A stretch of 64,000 nucleotides of DNA from Salisapilia sapeloensis CBS 127946. Its lineage: Eukaryota > Protista > Oomycota. The notes below the pieces were generated by a model. That model did not search any database, was not told where the DNA came from, and saw only the letters and a program-made list of their open reading frames with translations. The stretch is from NCBI GenBank assembly GCA_023334545.1, contig JAADVB010000033.1, positions 42,167-106,166 of the forward strand, read 5' to 3'. Made by a program: the position numbers and the translations under genes. Each line of letters begins with the position of its first letter. The stretch's first letter is position 1. This document shows positions 54,501 through 63,069 of this stretch, in pieces.

Positions 54501-55935
54501 CAGTATGAGGCGAATGGAACTCGTCCGCAGCTGTCAGTATCGTACGGGTAAGTTTGTTATCTTGCCAATAGAATATAATGAGCTTTAAAGCTAGTGCTTC
54601 TTCATGACTTGTTTCAGCAAAATCATTCTCGTCGCTTAATTCAAGTAATGACTGAACAGAAGCCTTCGCATCATTTCCTTTTCGAATAATTAAACGCACT
54701 TTGTCCAATACGTCCGTACAACTTCCATACATGGCATAATGGAATCGTTTCTTCCGTCTTATCGATTCAAGTATACATTCAGATTCTACCTGATGATAAA
54801 CGCGTCCTCTCACTGTCGCATTTTCACCGGTACCAATCTTTTGAAGTTTGTGAACTGGATGCCACTTGTACAGGTACGTACCGTCAGTGGTAATTGCCCA
54901 GTGAAACTCGACTGAGAAGTCCGAATTCACTTGCTTGTCCATATCTTCTTGCATTTGGAGGATAGGAAATTTTCCATTTGGGTTCGTACCATCAGCAGTC
55001 GGGCCGAGTGGAAACGATAGTCGATACTTTTCCAATCGCGATACGAAAAGATCGATCCAGTCAATGAAGGAACGACCTGAATATGAAATGTGACTTTCTT
55101 GCTTCCAAGACCGAAGCTTATTGGCAGCAACAAGTAACATGGAAACTCGTCCGCTGCTGACTGCAAATGCCAACAGAAGGAGCATCGTAACTGCGTGACT
55201 ACGGTGCTCTAGATTGCCATTCTCAATCATATCATTGCAGAAGCTTTCCACGTAGTCAATGATCAACGGTTCAATGGACTGTTGGTTCACTTCAGCCAGT
55301 TGAAAGTCCGGGAAATCGATCGCTGTTTGAACAAGAGCCATCACTCCCTGTTCATATACTTGTGGACTCAGCGCATACAACCCTCGAAGCATTTCTAATT
55401 GCATTCGAATGAAACCAACATTAAAAAATTTTTGCACCGATGCATCCTCCATTTCGCCAGAGACAGCTTTTTCCATTGCATCGTCCGCCGAATTCACCTC
55501 CGACATGCCACTCGACCTTGCTGTTGCTAATTGGCCACGCAACTTGTCCAGGTAGTCTTGTAAGATAGCTTCTTGGACTTTCTTTTGCTTCTTCGTAGTC
55601 ATGATCTCTTTTGGATCACGAGCTAGCACGGTGCCCTTCAGTAAGCCTCTGACACGGCTCTCATGGATATCGATGGTACTCGAGTCACCAAACAGCTTTA
55701 TATACAAGAGATCATCAGCCTCTCGAATCTCGGATGCTGTCATCTCACCTAAACGAGCTTTCTCGGTTTCCAATTTCATTGACATATTCACATCTTGGTT
55801 AGCTTTCAACTCTGAACACTTGTCTTTCACGAAACCCTCATCTTGCAGTAACTTGAAAAAGCTACCATCCTGCCAAACTTTCTCGCCTAGACCCGGCAAA
55901 GTACCATTTGCTTCACTGGATGCTACAACTCCCAT
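42541..55935 (-). CDS. Giant HECT E3 ubiquitin ligase (HECTD4/HERC-like), 4464 aa, intronless
   Basis: C-terminal HECT domain (GENAIDAGGPFRE, FLRFAWGRSRLP, LPVSHTCFFSMELPRYSS; catalytic Cys codon 42679-42681). N-terminal ITTDGTYLY..LQKIGTG motif, two MIB/HERC2-like domains and repeated ESxH modules. Confidence 0.9.
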   Translation of the reverse strand: MGVVASSEANGTLPGLGEKVWQDGSFFKLLQDEGFVKDKCSELKANQDVNMSMKLETEKARLGEMTASEIREADDLLYIKLFGDSSTIDIHESRVRGLLKGTVLARDPKEIMTTKKQKKVQEAILQDYLDKLRGQLATARSSGMSEVNSADDAMEKAVSGEMEDASVQKFFNVGFIRMQLEMLRGLYALSPQVYEQGVMALVQTAIDFPDFQLAEVNQQSIEPLIIDYVESFCNDMIENGNLEHRSHAVTMLLLLAFAVSSGRVSMLLVAANKLRSWKQESHISYSGRSFIDWIDLFVSRLEKYRLSFPLGPTADGTNPNGKFPILQMQEDMDKQVNSDFSVEFHWAITTDGTYLYKWHPVHKLQKIGTGENATVRGRVYHQVESECILESIRRKKRFHYAMYGSCTDVLDKVRLIIRKGNDAKASVQSLLELSDENDFAETSHEEALALKLIIFYWQDNKLTRTILTAADEFHSPHTDINDSEVDSSSRVKAAYYGHFELLDECAVDKWANAFAVEQNPDGIKVSSDVINDLLVASNAETTFSSEDGFALNVIYSVDDLPWVDRDVCEVEEWKSDVVKQVASDIVSSIAYCEDCLYISLNTYERMGRERFTSTQRILCIDPESLAVKQKLSFTEMSVQVDSKTPVKDGKVIRKITSEGNFLYNLCMGSAYIQMNVYLPTISQDKKCMLTCIRRVQLNIDLTTFSSMASWHAELESTKAFATLNVPAVYTNGSNLAVLIPAIHDDAEGENTHAKFQVQMYSCLDGRRVSSVQNITQEVKPKDEACVFQCNLPSAAVCFDAENNRVWVLNGRKNNVSYYENGGKHVALGVQATAIELDYFYQEENADIDKSSRFSHAASKLLRLPYRNAAVHALSSELDVVCRVKSTDMGKVAEVPYVCTLYSSCFDHLASMISESVQRAYSGSSSSADVDWLCLLVGICRVTAELLARNDLSVSKETSKKFISKLDESYQMLLKLNLHVEHGAEDSQMKHALLLAERHALRRAMTQLTTSDVEGQMRKLIQLVESCGADTSTDKFAEIALLCQDISLQTSVVSSKMVEKMEVEGLYAKLVECTSALEEKYLVECDEKYASTLSTLLSLLCSVTQVVFILPPDISPLNYFRSLDTLTRVMTMLRKACHRVCSTAVQIAENKSMKPLKLLRLLEQGWLGRLLPMVLALISVLLAEKNLRAVESSVGNLFEIYNSFTSSKSTDERALLPPLKKKAFYNNLCAFFVESTNSMMSELQTLRSLADFVPVSEREQQIKCVKNVVVSKSKESEHDYDNNLELCEKFEMPGVESMTITFDPRSCTEHEYDFLTFYKDADKTKVYGESKYTGRAENFPGVGGKPPLVINSDHCYVYFCSDTTNTEWGYKFTARSEVSELQEITRLHWTTHLIRDYEHLMQEACSLLVDGTFFSPVVEAEVSYGKLLRSELFQYGKAIDVKDDNEEHKFLQEMISPAKDSSIRAFLKALKRGLGPRASLLISRSLSSVSTAATSSKAQVTTAVRAVAAAILHHNLWSSEAMTYASDVDGKLPEHISYAWKNAQKMRDWFYLGDAKDMSSGRQSRQHSATQQHQPSAFGGMTEKALDVLCSNVIRRAQFLLQLKPALSVDESDAKRRWGLVARKARQLGREASNSSTMDSWFNLVDEMQGAIELRETFKYRKGYSERQKQGMTKTVTEQILEFVQSDVDVDGLETALEARNHRVESRAAGVTQFTKMLLHFNDRKLQCRTIQSLRKAMELSQVAYGGSCTESLNSLAMKDSNSSLARIHFDIGVSGCTVSAMNKLRTAFAAYMEFVSTALSEVSAKDEANASFVLSLLQSAVLDYYPEDVHLLKSFHDHVVRLLSDSPDRVRKAAQEVIDVLIKKFLVHKNVTSLENENTEDIKSFQTALVTTVARELSDVSTCVSRLPTIIDDKRLVTLLEPFYLPANEPGIIAPANAETSLIWNHSVMLWVYAPKLSQPRGLQVGDTVVCGVDWKEEADNDILLGRKGTVENILGTSTVRVQWKDNQETGCYEFNPAEGVYEVCAVDDTVGGSILFQGYGKSATCSALQTPWSHVKISLTNQLHLHYEVCAGGNRKFAFTSNYALNADVWVHIALVQDERALKMVFDGTEVESFELDCFLQVAGDEDITKSQVIESDHPETTDEFSQHTLVRIPGASKLRIMFHPTCCFRGEEDGVTLYKSARCEDHWGESLYKGNEEATLNAESEVRVLRHTDVTIVEVPTDHLVLYTHYSSINQAVGHRLLVKPVFESMPKELKRARINNSPIYFGEPPEHACNERSASVWVHRPTLAPAALQEDAISKAIEESRPCIDRPIFELRKDRILNLLSMYRTVCTSSVIPQLASVENLKNLLVLCFSGAIAIDTRCAGIIVLSELGRYISPADADAAVTEVFPDTRNSFVEEVFSRIAALGSAHEHAHDAHVVVPVQAQDIPGKDTGTLFRVQASWQGLLNLSNAYVLLIRKLSSTPAWSEAIYKYIAEVLGGLSTMSSMPSAQKLERVQRARAASILLSKKEIRKLAVGERVTAIIEESKEVWSEIGTVLSIRIENGERFYRVSVDGSQSQVLEMQASRIYHYNGEEEKKVAAFLQNLMPFVKDLCHNIRDVLQLDATFQTDRKPGPPCLIPTDGIQTARTCKPYTNGQMRKNLIFDADVAEVWIYFDSKCKTSGAADYVQFSRIKDSDPVASAYPMKWEEEKYFGDIYPGCNGNPPLRIPCNSINMLFNAETANEDECLGIWIVAVPMKRVYQPQAAPPTYLSALAEVQAQCLTTLATLVNTQKDLSVFKSVTSLLPTLTQSIQNVYNGQVVCPRHRHFELESPHPYTAECVGHRVICPHATRLCLTFDDSCRTDSKETFISIVKLDSSNDRWGKRKYFGSDQDWPGMKGRPPLIIPGGTCAIIWRAEESSSSSYGFKVHIQVEYSHTYAVERSRKRLELEANVISCLLNEQFAPQLIANNNNVSLDNGYTVCETRISHSDLIKYSDPRDEIKPAVSSCYMEESRCTYCVISASGAPFYKEPKMLDIEGGRLQVGEQINAISHSSGWLEFITTDSETGNRLTMWTKQRHRDTVLLAPLNYLMTEEFLVAPNIIGELEEGRNSTFEMTNRQRVQLSVDPCSWNFIREDLQVQSSRLESLLYDIHRAQVTHAARKLFEVFISKMPVSLPVHLDSLGSSRDLFGTLLQIYTPSRARKMQHGFKSALDVLQEYIRCEAGSGLADEKLVELIVRAVQTLQRGRKHLPEKRVAYYEYCTSHPCSDTSLSKSLIPFKSAKAIQIVFDEQSVPNRPSDLECVFEPVSGYSETTGEEEYSEAIRIDGSHPAMNNSLPLTLQTNKFALQVKPNESEAPWGVRFHAMASFHDLPMEDDNTTSLDKKMRLLEMCLWLLSSTGAATFKGDESAVAKEVFSGSTIAALAAIIETAPKRLGRQALDVITALSHHHEWLARVPPTLIERIRLCVTVQFGALAFNEGGKLKKSQYLQSLAHCYIGLVLATDSCMYAIQRNILPSMVVSDAACASTDKLWTSNAIDKTRAFACELVLKELGPSCEVGLLVKSNENEEWIVRWKCSGEVQYAGTEKVVSSPSLKMCQGDILMITIDFQNEVLTLRRNRHDIFHVCGIQDNDTAISWANLVDLIARGPVQVAAQSSRTQVTYQEIPYASTNLLPELPNVNRKIVDAVAMLLDFDTQLGSNIVSRESHHPVQIKEDVVKEIYVHIPNAVALEVRFDEQTELDKYIRLRFSDGVAGDRNTSKETVVENVSGSTDSKRSPQRYHLTSSSSSPVSINIGDEVVRSLDWIYGNEDGGPGQVGVVKELVSWKGEDEKGVLVQWKTGENEGVYRYDYLNSCDVMRRSLSMAQREPLIIFGNTLTYSVDIDDTFAEKDNASTLWGYKFHVIPHFALESIGRQLFSSKMLQFNEQVRALDASLHSELVRYVNKMAHTKEMTDDELLSTSWRKLAPSASDLTRWPTLVRVVTDPSTRASTAEPLTADQLQTTSHDETRNGDEFLEEWFKMLQYFNNAIRELLPYIRMSSPLVTKSTLKYDLERLVKKHKYCIFNAVKKALWEDALTDTVSDIGFIKLQFNRSKAAHHRLTGKPDLSGWKTLFSQAFRAMDAELPHFHRNKNRIYKAQFIGENAIDAGGPFRETLEQFCEELQSKQLELMLCTPNALHNVGTGRDKWLLHPNATTWLLGLQMEFLGKLMACMMRSEDQLSLDIAPIIWKRLVGDSVSLTDLAGVDSMMVNSMHSLRSIDQYGVTEDTFEDVVMETFTTLSTDNRVIELKPGGHDIAVTFDTRCEYVDLVEGYRLAEYDTQVHTLLNGFAQVVPVKLMSLFTGEELEQEICGMPEVDIALLKKCTEYSGCNETDPHIVLFWQVMDELSQDEKSAFLRFAWGRSRLPTIEADFPQKFKLQSFGKSSQTNVDMYLPVSHTCFFSMELPRYSSFEIMKEKLLYAIYNCRSIDGDGDMIAANQAGWEE

Positions 55936-56000
55936 GATGCTCTGCTGCCAGTCGGATCGAGATAATGCAAATCTTGGAAAAGCGTAAAGGGGGGATTAGG

Positions 56001-56033
56001 TGGGTTGAAAATGGGTTGAAAATGGGTTGAAAA
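56001..56033. repeat. Perfect 11-bp tandem repeat (TGGGTTGAAAA)x3
   Basis: Read directly from the sequence; lies in the divergent HECT/IQ intergenic region. Confidence 0.95.
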
Positions 56034-56263
56034 GATTCTATTCCATTCAAAGCAATCTTTAAAGGATACACAAATGCGGTATCAGATACATTGTGCTTAA
56101 GGCTATAAATCTCTTTTGCCATTCCTTCTAAACTAGTTTTGGATAGTTAGTTGGTAGGATTCTATTGAATAGGCACTATGAGAGTGCACAATCCCATGTA
56201 CCGTCCACCTTGTTCATACAAATACCTCATCACAGAAGGGCTAAAACTCAAGTTCAGCTGGTA

Positions 56264-58655
56264 ATGAATAACTCGCGTCTCGGACATGAATCAACGTCTC
56301 TCGACAATGTCTGGATATGTGCAGCTGAAGTAGATGAACGCAAGGAAAAGGAAAAGGAAAGGATAAAGAGGTTGCTAAAGAAAAGAAGCAAAAAGCAGGG
56401 TAGAGGAAAGTATGAGATTGATCCGAGTCACGAATTGGAGGTAGAGATAGAAGAGAAAAGACGAAAATTGCGTGATGAAGCTATAAAGCACTCACCACAA
56501 TCGTCACAGCGACACAGTCGTGATCAACAAAAGAAGCTTTCCGTGTATGAACTGGAGAACAAGAGATTATCTCTACTCTTACGTGATCAGAAGCTTTCTC
56601 GACGTCTCCAAAAGTATATTCAACGTGCCGGTTCATCGCTTTTAAATTTGTGTATGCTGAAAGTTCTGTAGAAAGCGACCACGACCACGAATTGTCCATG
56701 ACATGCTATCAATTGAAAAAGCCCATACGCGAGTAAGTCTATGCATTCTTCATATAAATAAAGCTGAAGAGGATAAGTATAATGCAGCACACAATAGGCA
56801 GCCACTAAAATCCAACAATGGATACGTCAACGTCGGCGAAAGCAATTTATGGCGAAGTTTGTCAATCTGAGCCATTCGGCAGTTCATATCCAACGTCTAT
56901 CACGAGGTTTCTTATGTCGACGATTGGTATCCTCGTGGCACATATATCGAACGGCAGTTGCCACCCGCTTCCAGGCAATCTATAGAAGCTACAAGACACG
57001 TAAGCAGCTCCAAGTGTGGCATGTAGAAAGAGATTACGGAGCTACCAAGATTCAGACTGTCGCCCGAGTACTCTTTGCCAAGTCTATGGTGCAAAGAAAA
57101 CGGAAACGCATTGCTGTTATTCGAATCCAGTGTTGGATACGGGCGATTAAGTCTCGTCTTAAGACCTGGCTAATATCACAAGACGAGAAAGCAGTGAACT
57201 TACAGCGACTAATTCGAGGTGTCCAAGCAAGAAAGCGAGTGTCATATCGAAGAGAGCTTCTGAATGCAAGTGCGATTCAGATCCAACGAATGTTTCGAGG
57301 AATGTTAGCTCGGGTGAAGATTGAACATATTTTGTGCGATCGAGAGACTGAAAATCGAAAAGAATTGATGCTAATATTGGAAGCGGAAGAAGAGTGGTAT
57401 CGAGCCCAACGAGATCGACTAGTAGCTCGGCTAGAGCGCTTCGGACTGAAGGACGAGTACGCTGTCGTGTATAAGTCTAGAGCTTCTCTGGCGCTATAAC
57501 ATCTATGTATGTAGAGTAATGCAACGGGAAGAAGAATACGTCAAGTCTCATAAGAAGATATTAAATGTACGTTGATTGTGCACATGAATGCGGTAACCTA
57601 GGTTTGATCTGTCCATGGGTGTAGATGGAGGCTATCTACTTGGACATGCAAACCCAACGCGCTCGGCTATCTCCGCGTGCAATAGAGCAAGGGTGGGTAG
57701 AAGAGATGGAAGACAAGATGAAGAAACACCGATCAACTATTACAAGAATGAAAATGGACGCCCTTTTTGGTGTCGCATATCGGTTGCGGTCAGCAGAGCA
57801 GTCTCTACAAGACCTCCAGGAGGAAATTTGTAAGCTAGAGTACAAGCGATGTCAAGTAAGCTTTTCCTTTTCTTTGGCCTAGTAGTAACTCTCTCACAAT
57901 TCTTCATCCTGTAATAGTTTCGAATGTGGCGTGAAGAAGAATACATGGACTACTGGGAGGTATGTCTAGTATTTACATGGGATACACACTACGTACTTAT
58001 TGATATTGTGAAGCGAGAATGTCGAATTAAAAGCGAGAAAAAGAAAGTAGAGCAGCGACAGAATATTGCCAGTCAGCGACGTCGATGGCGAATACAATTT
58101 TACTCTAAAGATGGAAAGCCGAACAAACATTGGAAAGGAACGACTTGGACTGACGAGATTCTTACTGAAGCTGAAAACAAGCAGAAACTGTCGTTTGGAA
58201 GCATCCAACTCCTCACCAGCATGTATAAGAAGCATCAAGGTTACCAATCTTCGGACCGGGAAGATACAATACCAAATCTAGTTAATCAAGTCGCATTGAC
58301 GAATACACTTAACCAAACGGAACAGCTCAAGGAGATATTCAGACCTGTATTAGAACGTGTTGGAATGTACCATGAAGCAGCCCATGACATGACTCAAGAG
58401 CAGCAAGAGGCGAAAAGAAGTAGAGATTACCTACGAGCCGTATCAAGAGAAAAGTTGCAAACACCAGTGATATCATTGAGGCAAAACCGAAAGCCGCGTG
58501 AGACTCCCGATCGTGAAGCAAAGAAACAAAAGATCATCCAAGCTGGCCAAATCCCATGGCATCTCCTCGATCGCATTGCTGCTGAGCGTCACCAACTGCT
58601 GGAAGCTCGGACGATCTATCATACGTGGGGCAAAGCTCCCCTTTCATTTCGATAA
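56264..58655 (+). CDS. Multi-IQ-motif (calmodulin-binding-like) coiled-coil protein; multi-exon
   Basis: Repeated IQxxxRGxxxR motifs (AVHIQRLSRGFLCR, ATRFQAIYRSY, ATKIQTVAR, IRIQCWIR, AVNLQRLIRGVQAR, AIQIQRMFRGMLAR). Exons are linkable by GT-AG introns. Confidence 0.75.
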
Positions 58656-58701
58656 GCAAGACAATCTTTCGACGAATGCATGCGCTAATATTGTTATTCT
58701 A

Positions 58702-60736
58702 TCAAGTCGACATTCGTGATAACCTTTGCTCTAGCACCGCTACTCGGTCTCGAAGTCGTTGTACGAGTTCTACCTCTTTATACTTGACAGCGAGTTGGCT
58801 ATTTAATGCATCGATGACGGTTTGAGGGAGCTGCCAACTCGGAATGTTCAACTTGTTGTCCACGAAGAAGTCGGTTACGCGTGAACTTTCGTGGAGCAAC
58901 GGCTGACCAGACCAGCGTAGGAACATACTTTCCCACAACTCCACGCGCTTGAGTAATCCTGTGACCGGTGGGTCCATCGTCTGGCCTGGCACGAACGAAG
59001 CTTCTGTTAATTGCGGTCGGAATCCATTAATCCATGTCCATATCGAGACTGTCCTAGCATCCAGCTTGGCTTCATGCCGATGCTTCTTGCAATCCAACAA
59101 AAACGTCCCGAAGCGGCAACTATGCAAAGCGTCTGCAAGTAGAAGCAGTAATCCTTCGTTAAACTCAAAGTACGTCGGATGGTTGTGTACGAGCTGCCAG
59201 ACACAGTCCAAGAACTGGATGAAGATCGGACTCTCCTGCGTATCTGACTTTTCACCGTGCGCATATCGCATCTGGAACGGATGTCCGAAGGATAACCACT
59301 CTTTGTCGATTAACACTTGAAAGCCTTGCCACGTGCGATAGTACGGATCAAGAATGAGCTGTGCGATCGATACGATTTGACTCGTACGATCCCATCCGTG
59401 GCTGCAATGAAGTAGCACAGATTCACCTGATCGCACGAGTGACGTGACATGGACAGAAGCTTTGAGCAGCTGGCGAATGTACAATAGCCACTTTGTATCT
59501 TCGACGTTGCCAAGCCATTGCAAGTTATCACAAGAGGAAGAAGCACATAGTGTACGAAGCTTTTTCATGCTTTCGCGCATCGAATGGATGTTCGGAATGT
59601 TCATGAAAGCCACTTCACAGTTCTTGTAATTGCCAGAACTCTCGACACCGTACCCGATAGCACGATTCGCGAATGCATTCGTCATGGGACGACAATCAAT
59701 GATGTGTAATATGTTATGGTGAAGGCTCGATGAAGCGATGCCAGCGACAAGTTGTTCGTCTTCAGCAGAGCTTGAGCGTGACATGCCAATTTTAGGTTGG
59801 CTTGAGCGACAGATTGTTGCCCCAGTGGAAGCGTGAAGCCAGCACAAAACTGGAATTCGACCGAGAGACCGGAAGGATGTCGCTTCATGTAGCACCTAGT
59901 GAGGGGTAGAAAGTTTAATCAAATGCATTATGACATACATATTCGCAACATACATACTCCATCAGGAACGGTAGATGGCACTACGAGGAGTTCTGGGTAC
60001 GTTTCAATCGCTTCGAAACCCTTGTTGAAGTCACTGATTCTCCACTTGCCACTGGATAGCACACCCTAGTGATATAATGTTAAAATGAACAGTTGTGAGT
60101 AGGAAAAAGATGCAGGCATACTTGTCGCTTCCATTCAGCACGATCGTTGTAGATGTCCCAGTCGACTCCAAATGGAATGAGTTCATCTTCATTTCTGTAA
60201 TCTTCTGAAAGTCTACGAAACGGCATCAGTACGACACATCGGATAATTTCTATAGGAGTCGTACCTGTGGTAGAAAGCAAACAAATAGTCCAATTTGTCT
60301 GGGAACACATACGTATTCAATAGATTGAAAATCTATCCAGAGACCATTAGTACATTCATCTCGTCCTCTACAGAACCATTATCTATACTTTGTCCACTTC
60401 GATGACGTCAAAACGAAACGAGAGATGGCGCAAGTCTTTCATACGAATTTCAATCACCGAGTGCTTCTTCTTCACCCTTGTGATGCATCCTAGAGGTACT
60501 GTAAAGTAGGATGCAATTTGAGCATCCGTGCGCTGTAGCAAGTGTGTACGCACCAGCCCATACTCGTGCCAATCAGGCATAAACTGAAATCTGTAATTCG
60601 TTGTGAGGACACGACCAAGGCAGACTGTGGCAGCAGACGTGTCTTTCTTTGGTGATGCTTCATCCAGGTATTCTGCCGTCACTGCCGTCAGGACCTCCTG
60701 CTCTCCTATCAATCGTTCCGTCTCAAGCAAGGACAT
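58702..60736 (-). CDS. Myotubularin-family phosphoinositide phosphatase (GRAM-PTP-coiled coil); multi-exon
   Basis: GRAM-like LGRVLTTNYRFQF; FRSLGRIPVLCW, ICRSSQPKIG, IIDCRPMTNAFAN, VLLHCSHGWDRTSQ, LIDKEWLSFGHPF and ESPIFIQFLDCVWQL. Confidence 0.9.
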
Positions 60737-61139
60737 AGTGCTTGGTGTCGATGGCGTTCTCGACTCTTCTAGTCGTTCGACAGCGTCGGAAGCTCTGGCA
60801 CAAGCTAGCGGTCTTAAAAGTGCCTCTACCTCTACCTTGGCAACACCAAAACTAATCGTTCGATAGCGTCAGCAGGGTAGGTGCTATACAAATCCTAAAG
60901 AGGCGTTAGCTTGAACGGTTGTTCGCTCGCTGCGTTCGTTGCCAGTAACGTCTCTTGGGAGTAAGAGATCTTGCGTCCGTACCTCTCTCTTATGGATGAG
61001 ACTGGATGTATGGAAAATAAACTTAATGGCTCCGGATAGACGTTAATTGATCGATAGGTGGGTAGGCACGAATCCACGCGTCGAGGAGATATTTTTGTCG
61101 ATGTGGTAACTTGCTTTCTTATCTGGAAAGAACCGCGTC

Positions 61140-61946
61140 ATGCCCAAGAGTGCGTACTCTGATAGCTACGAAGACGAAGATGGCGAGTATGCAGTTGAAT
61201 GGGATGCAGTGTCAGACGGTACAATCGACAAGGATGTCTCGATATCATGTCCGTCCCCTCTGCCAAAGGAAGATGACGTGAGGGTACAGGATGATACTAC
61301 AATCGATCGAGAGAAATCAAGTGGAGAGGTGGATACAAATGAGAATTATACTGAAATCAATGCATCGCAAGGTTCGGAGCGGACGAACTATCCGTCTGAT
61401 CTGATTGAAACTCACGCCGTCCGTCACGACGCAAAATTCAAGCATACGATGGATTTGTCTACTAGTGACGAAGCATCTCATCGAGCCGCAATGCGTATCC
61501 GTCAATATCGTCAACACGAAGCAAAACGTCTGGAGCAACAGAAAGAGAAAGAAACCCAGGATAATCTTAGGCGCAGAGAGTTTAGAAGCTCGAACGCGAA
61601 GATATATCAAGCTCTAGGCGTTGCAGGAACAACAGCACAAGAACGGTTACGAGCATATGCTCGACAAGAAAAAATGATGAGAAAGCAGGAACAAGTTGCG
61701 CGTGATCGAGAGCAGGTGCGGTGGTATAGTGTCCCAGATCGGTATCGACGTGAGCCATTGCTTCAGCAGCACGTACATCACCTCATGGAAGTTGATCATA
61801 AAGAGCGTGTCAGATCGAAGAAAGCTAAGTGTCTAAAGGTCAAGACAGTTAAAAAGAATTTGAATCAAGTACAGAACGAGTCGAAAGACATCATCGCCTC
61901 GTGCGTCGGGAGATATGAAAGAGGGTCATATTTTCTAAAGATCTAA
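61140..61946 (+). CDS. Hypothetical protein (acidic N-terminus, charged coiled coil)
   Basis: 268-aa ORF that fills the gap between recognised genes; no family recognised. Confidence 0.5.
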   Translation: MPKSAYSDSYEDEDGEYAVEWDAVSDGTIDKDVSISCPSPLPKEDDVRVQDDTTIDREKSSGEVDTNENYTEINASQGSERTNYPSDLIETHAVRHDAKFKHTMDLSTSDEASHRAAMRIRQYRQHEAKRLEQQKEKETQDNLRRREFRSSNAKIYQALGVAGTTAQERLRAYARQEKMMRKQEQVARDREQVRWYSVPDRYRREPLLQQHVHHLMEVDHKERVRSKKAKCLKVKTVKKNLNQVQNESKDIIASCVGRYERGSYFLKI

Positions 61947-63012
61947 AGCTGCGATTTCGTTTTATTCTTCTTTGTTAAAGCATTTTCTAACGCGAGCTTG
62001 TTCGATGGTCCACCCCATAGCGGTTCAAAGATCTCAAGCTCCCGAGCTAAACCCTCTGCATCTGCATTTGTCACCACTCGCTTCGTACCATGCATGACAT
62101 CTATTAATTAAGTGTCAGTAAGCAAAATCAGTATGCTTAAGATGTATCAAGTGTACCTGGCTGAGCGACGAGATACGGTGCTAAGAACGTATTTACAGCT
62201 TCATTAGCTTTTGTCTCCTGGGAGTCGAATACCGTGTCGGCAAGGCCAACTTCCATTGCTCTTTGTGAATCCACCTTTTCTGCCGATCCGAGCAACGTGA
62301 GCGCCATTCTCCGGCCAATCGTCTCCACTAGCTTTACTCCTCCACCCCATACCGGAGTAACGCCCATCTTTGTCTGTACAAACTGAATGATAGCCTTCTT
62401 TTCGACCACACGAAAGTCACAGCTAATAGCTAACTCAGCGCCTCCACCGTAGGCTCCACCATCGACGACAGCAACAGAGATCAACGGGAGATTTCGAAGT
62501 CGAGATAACGAGTTGGACATGAGTACGGCCATCGCTCTTCCTGCTGGAGGCGCACTCAACTCTTCTTTCGCTACTCTTAGATCTGATCCAGCACAAAACC
62601 ATCCATCACTTCCATGTACGATGAGAGCACTTAAATGCTCTTGTAAATGTTCTTGTTCGAGCTCAGCGATGATGTCACTCAATTCAGCCATCATTTTTCC
62701 AGAGATAGCATTTCGACCGGACGGATTGTGCACTTCAATACGTGCAGTTTTGGCAGGCAATGCCTTGTCGTGCTTAACATTGGCCAACGACGTCATAGAG
62801 CTATCAAACTCGAACGGTAGGTAGAGATTGATCGTATTCACCTTCTCTTCCGATCCCATTTCACGCAACGTTTCTCGGCTCTGCGCCAAGATTTCGTCAT
62901 GAGGTAACGATCGGTCGTTGGCAAAAGCAAAACGAGTGTAGGAGCGCTCTGTAGCAGACATTTGGGGCCTAGGGAAGCGATATGGAAAATGAATCCTACA
63001 CGTCCGGAGCAT
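61943..63012 (-). CDS. Enoyl-CoA hydratase/crotonase family, ECHDC1 (ethylmalonyl-CoA decarboxylase)-like; 2 exons
   Basis: GRNAISGKMMAEL, FCAGSDL, GGAYGGGAELAISCDFR and FVQTKMGVTPVWGGG. An intron near 62102-62155 leads to a last exon DVMHGTKRVV...WGGPSNKLAL...QL*. Confidence 0.8.
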
Positions 63013-63069
63013 GATCAATTTATGAGTATGATTGCGTAAACTGAAAGTCTATTTTTGCGTCGCCTTCCT

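Noticed and set aside
55995-56033. Interstitial telomeric repeat
   Set aside because: The unit TGGGTTGAAAA does not match TTTAGGG/TTAGGG arrays.
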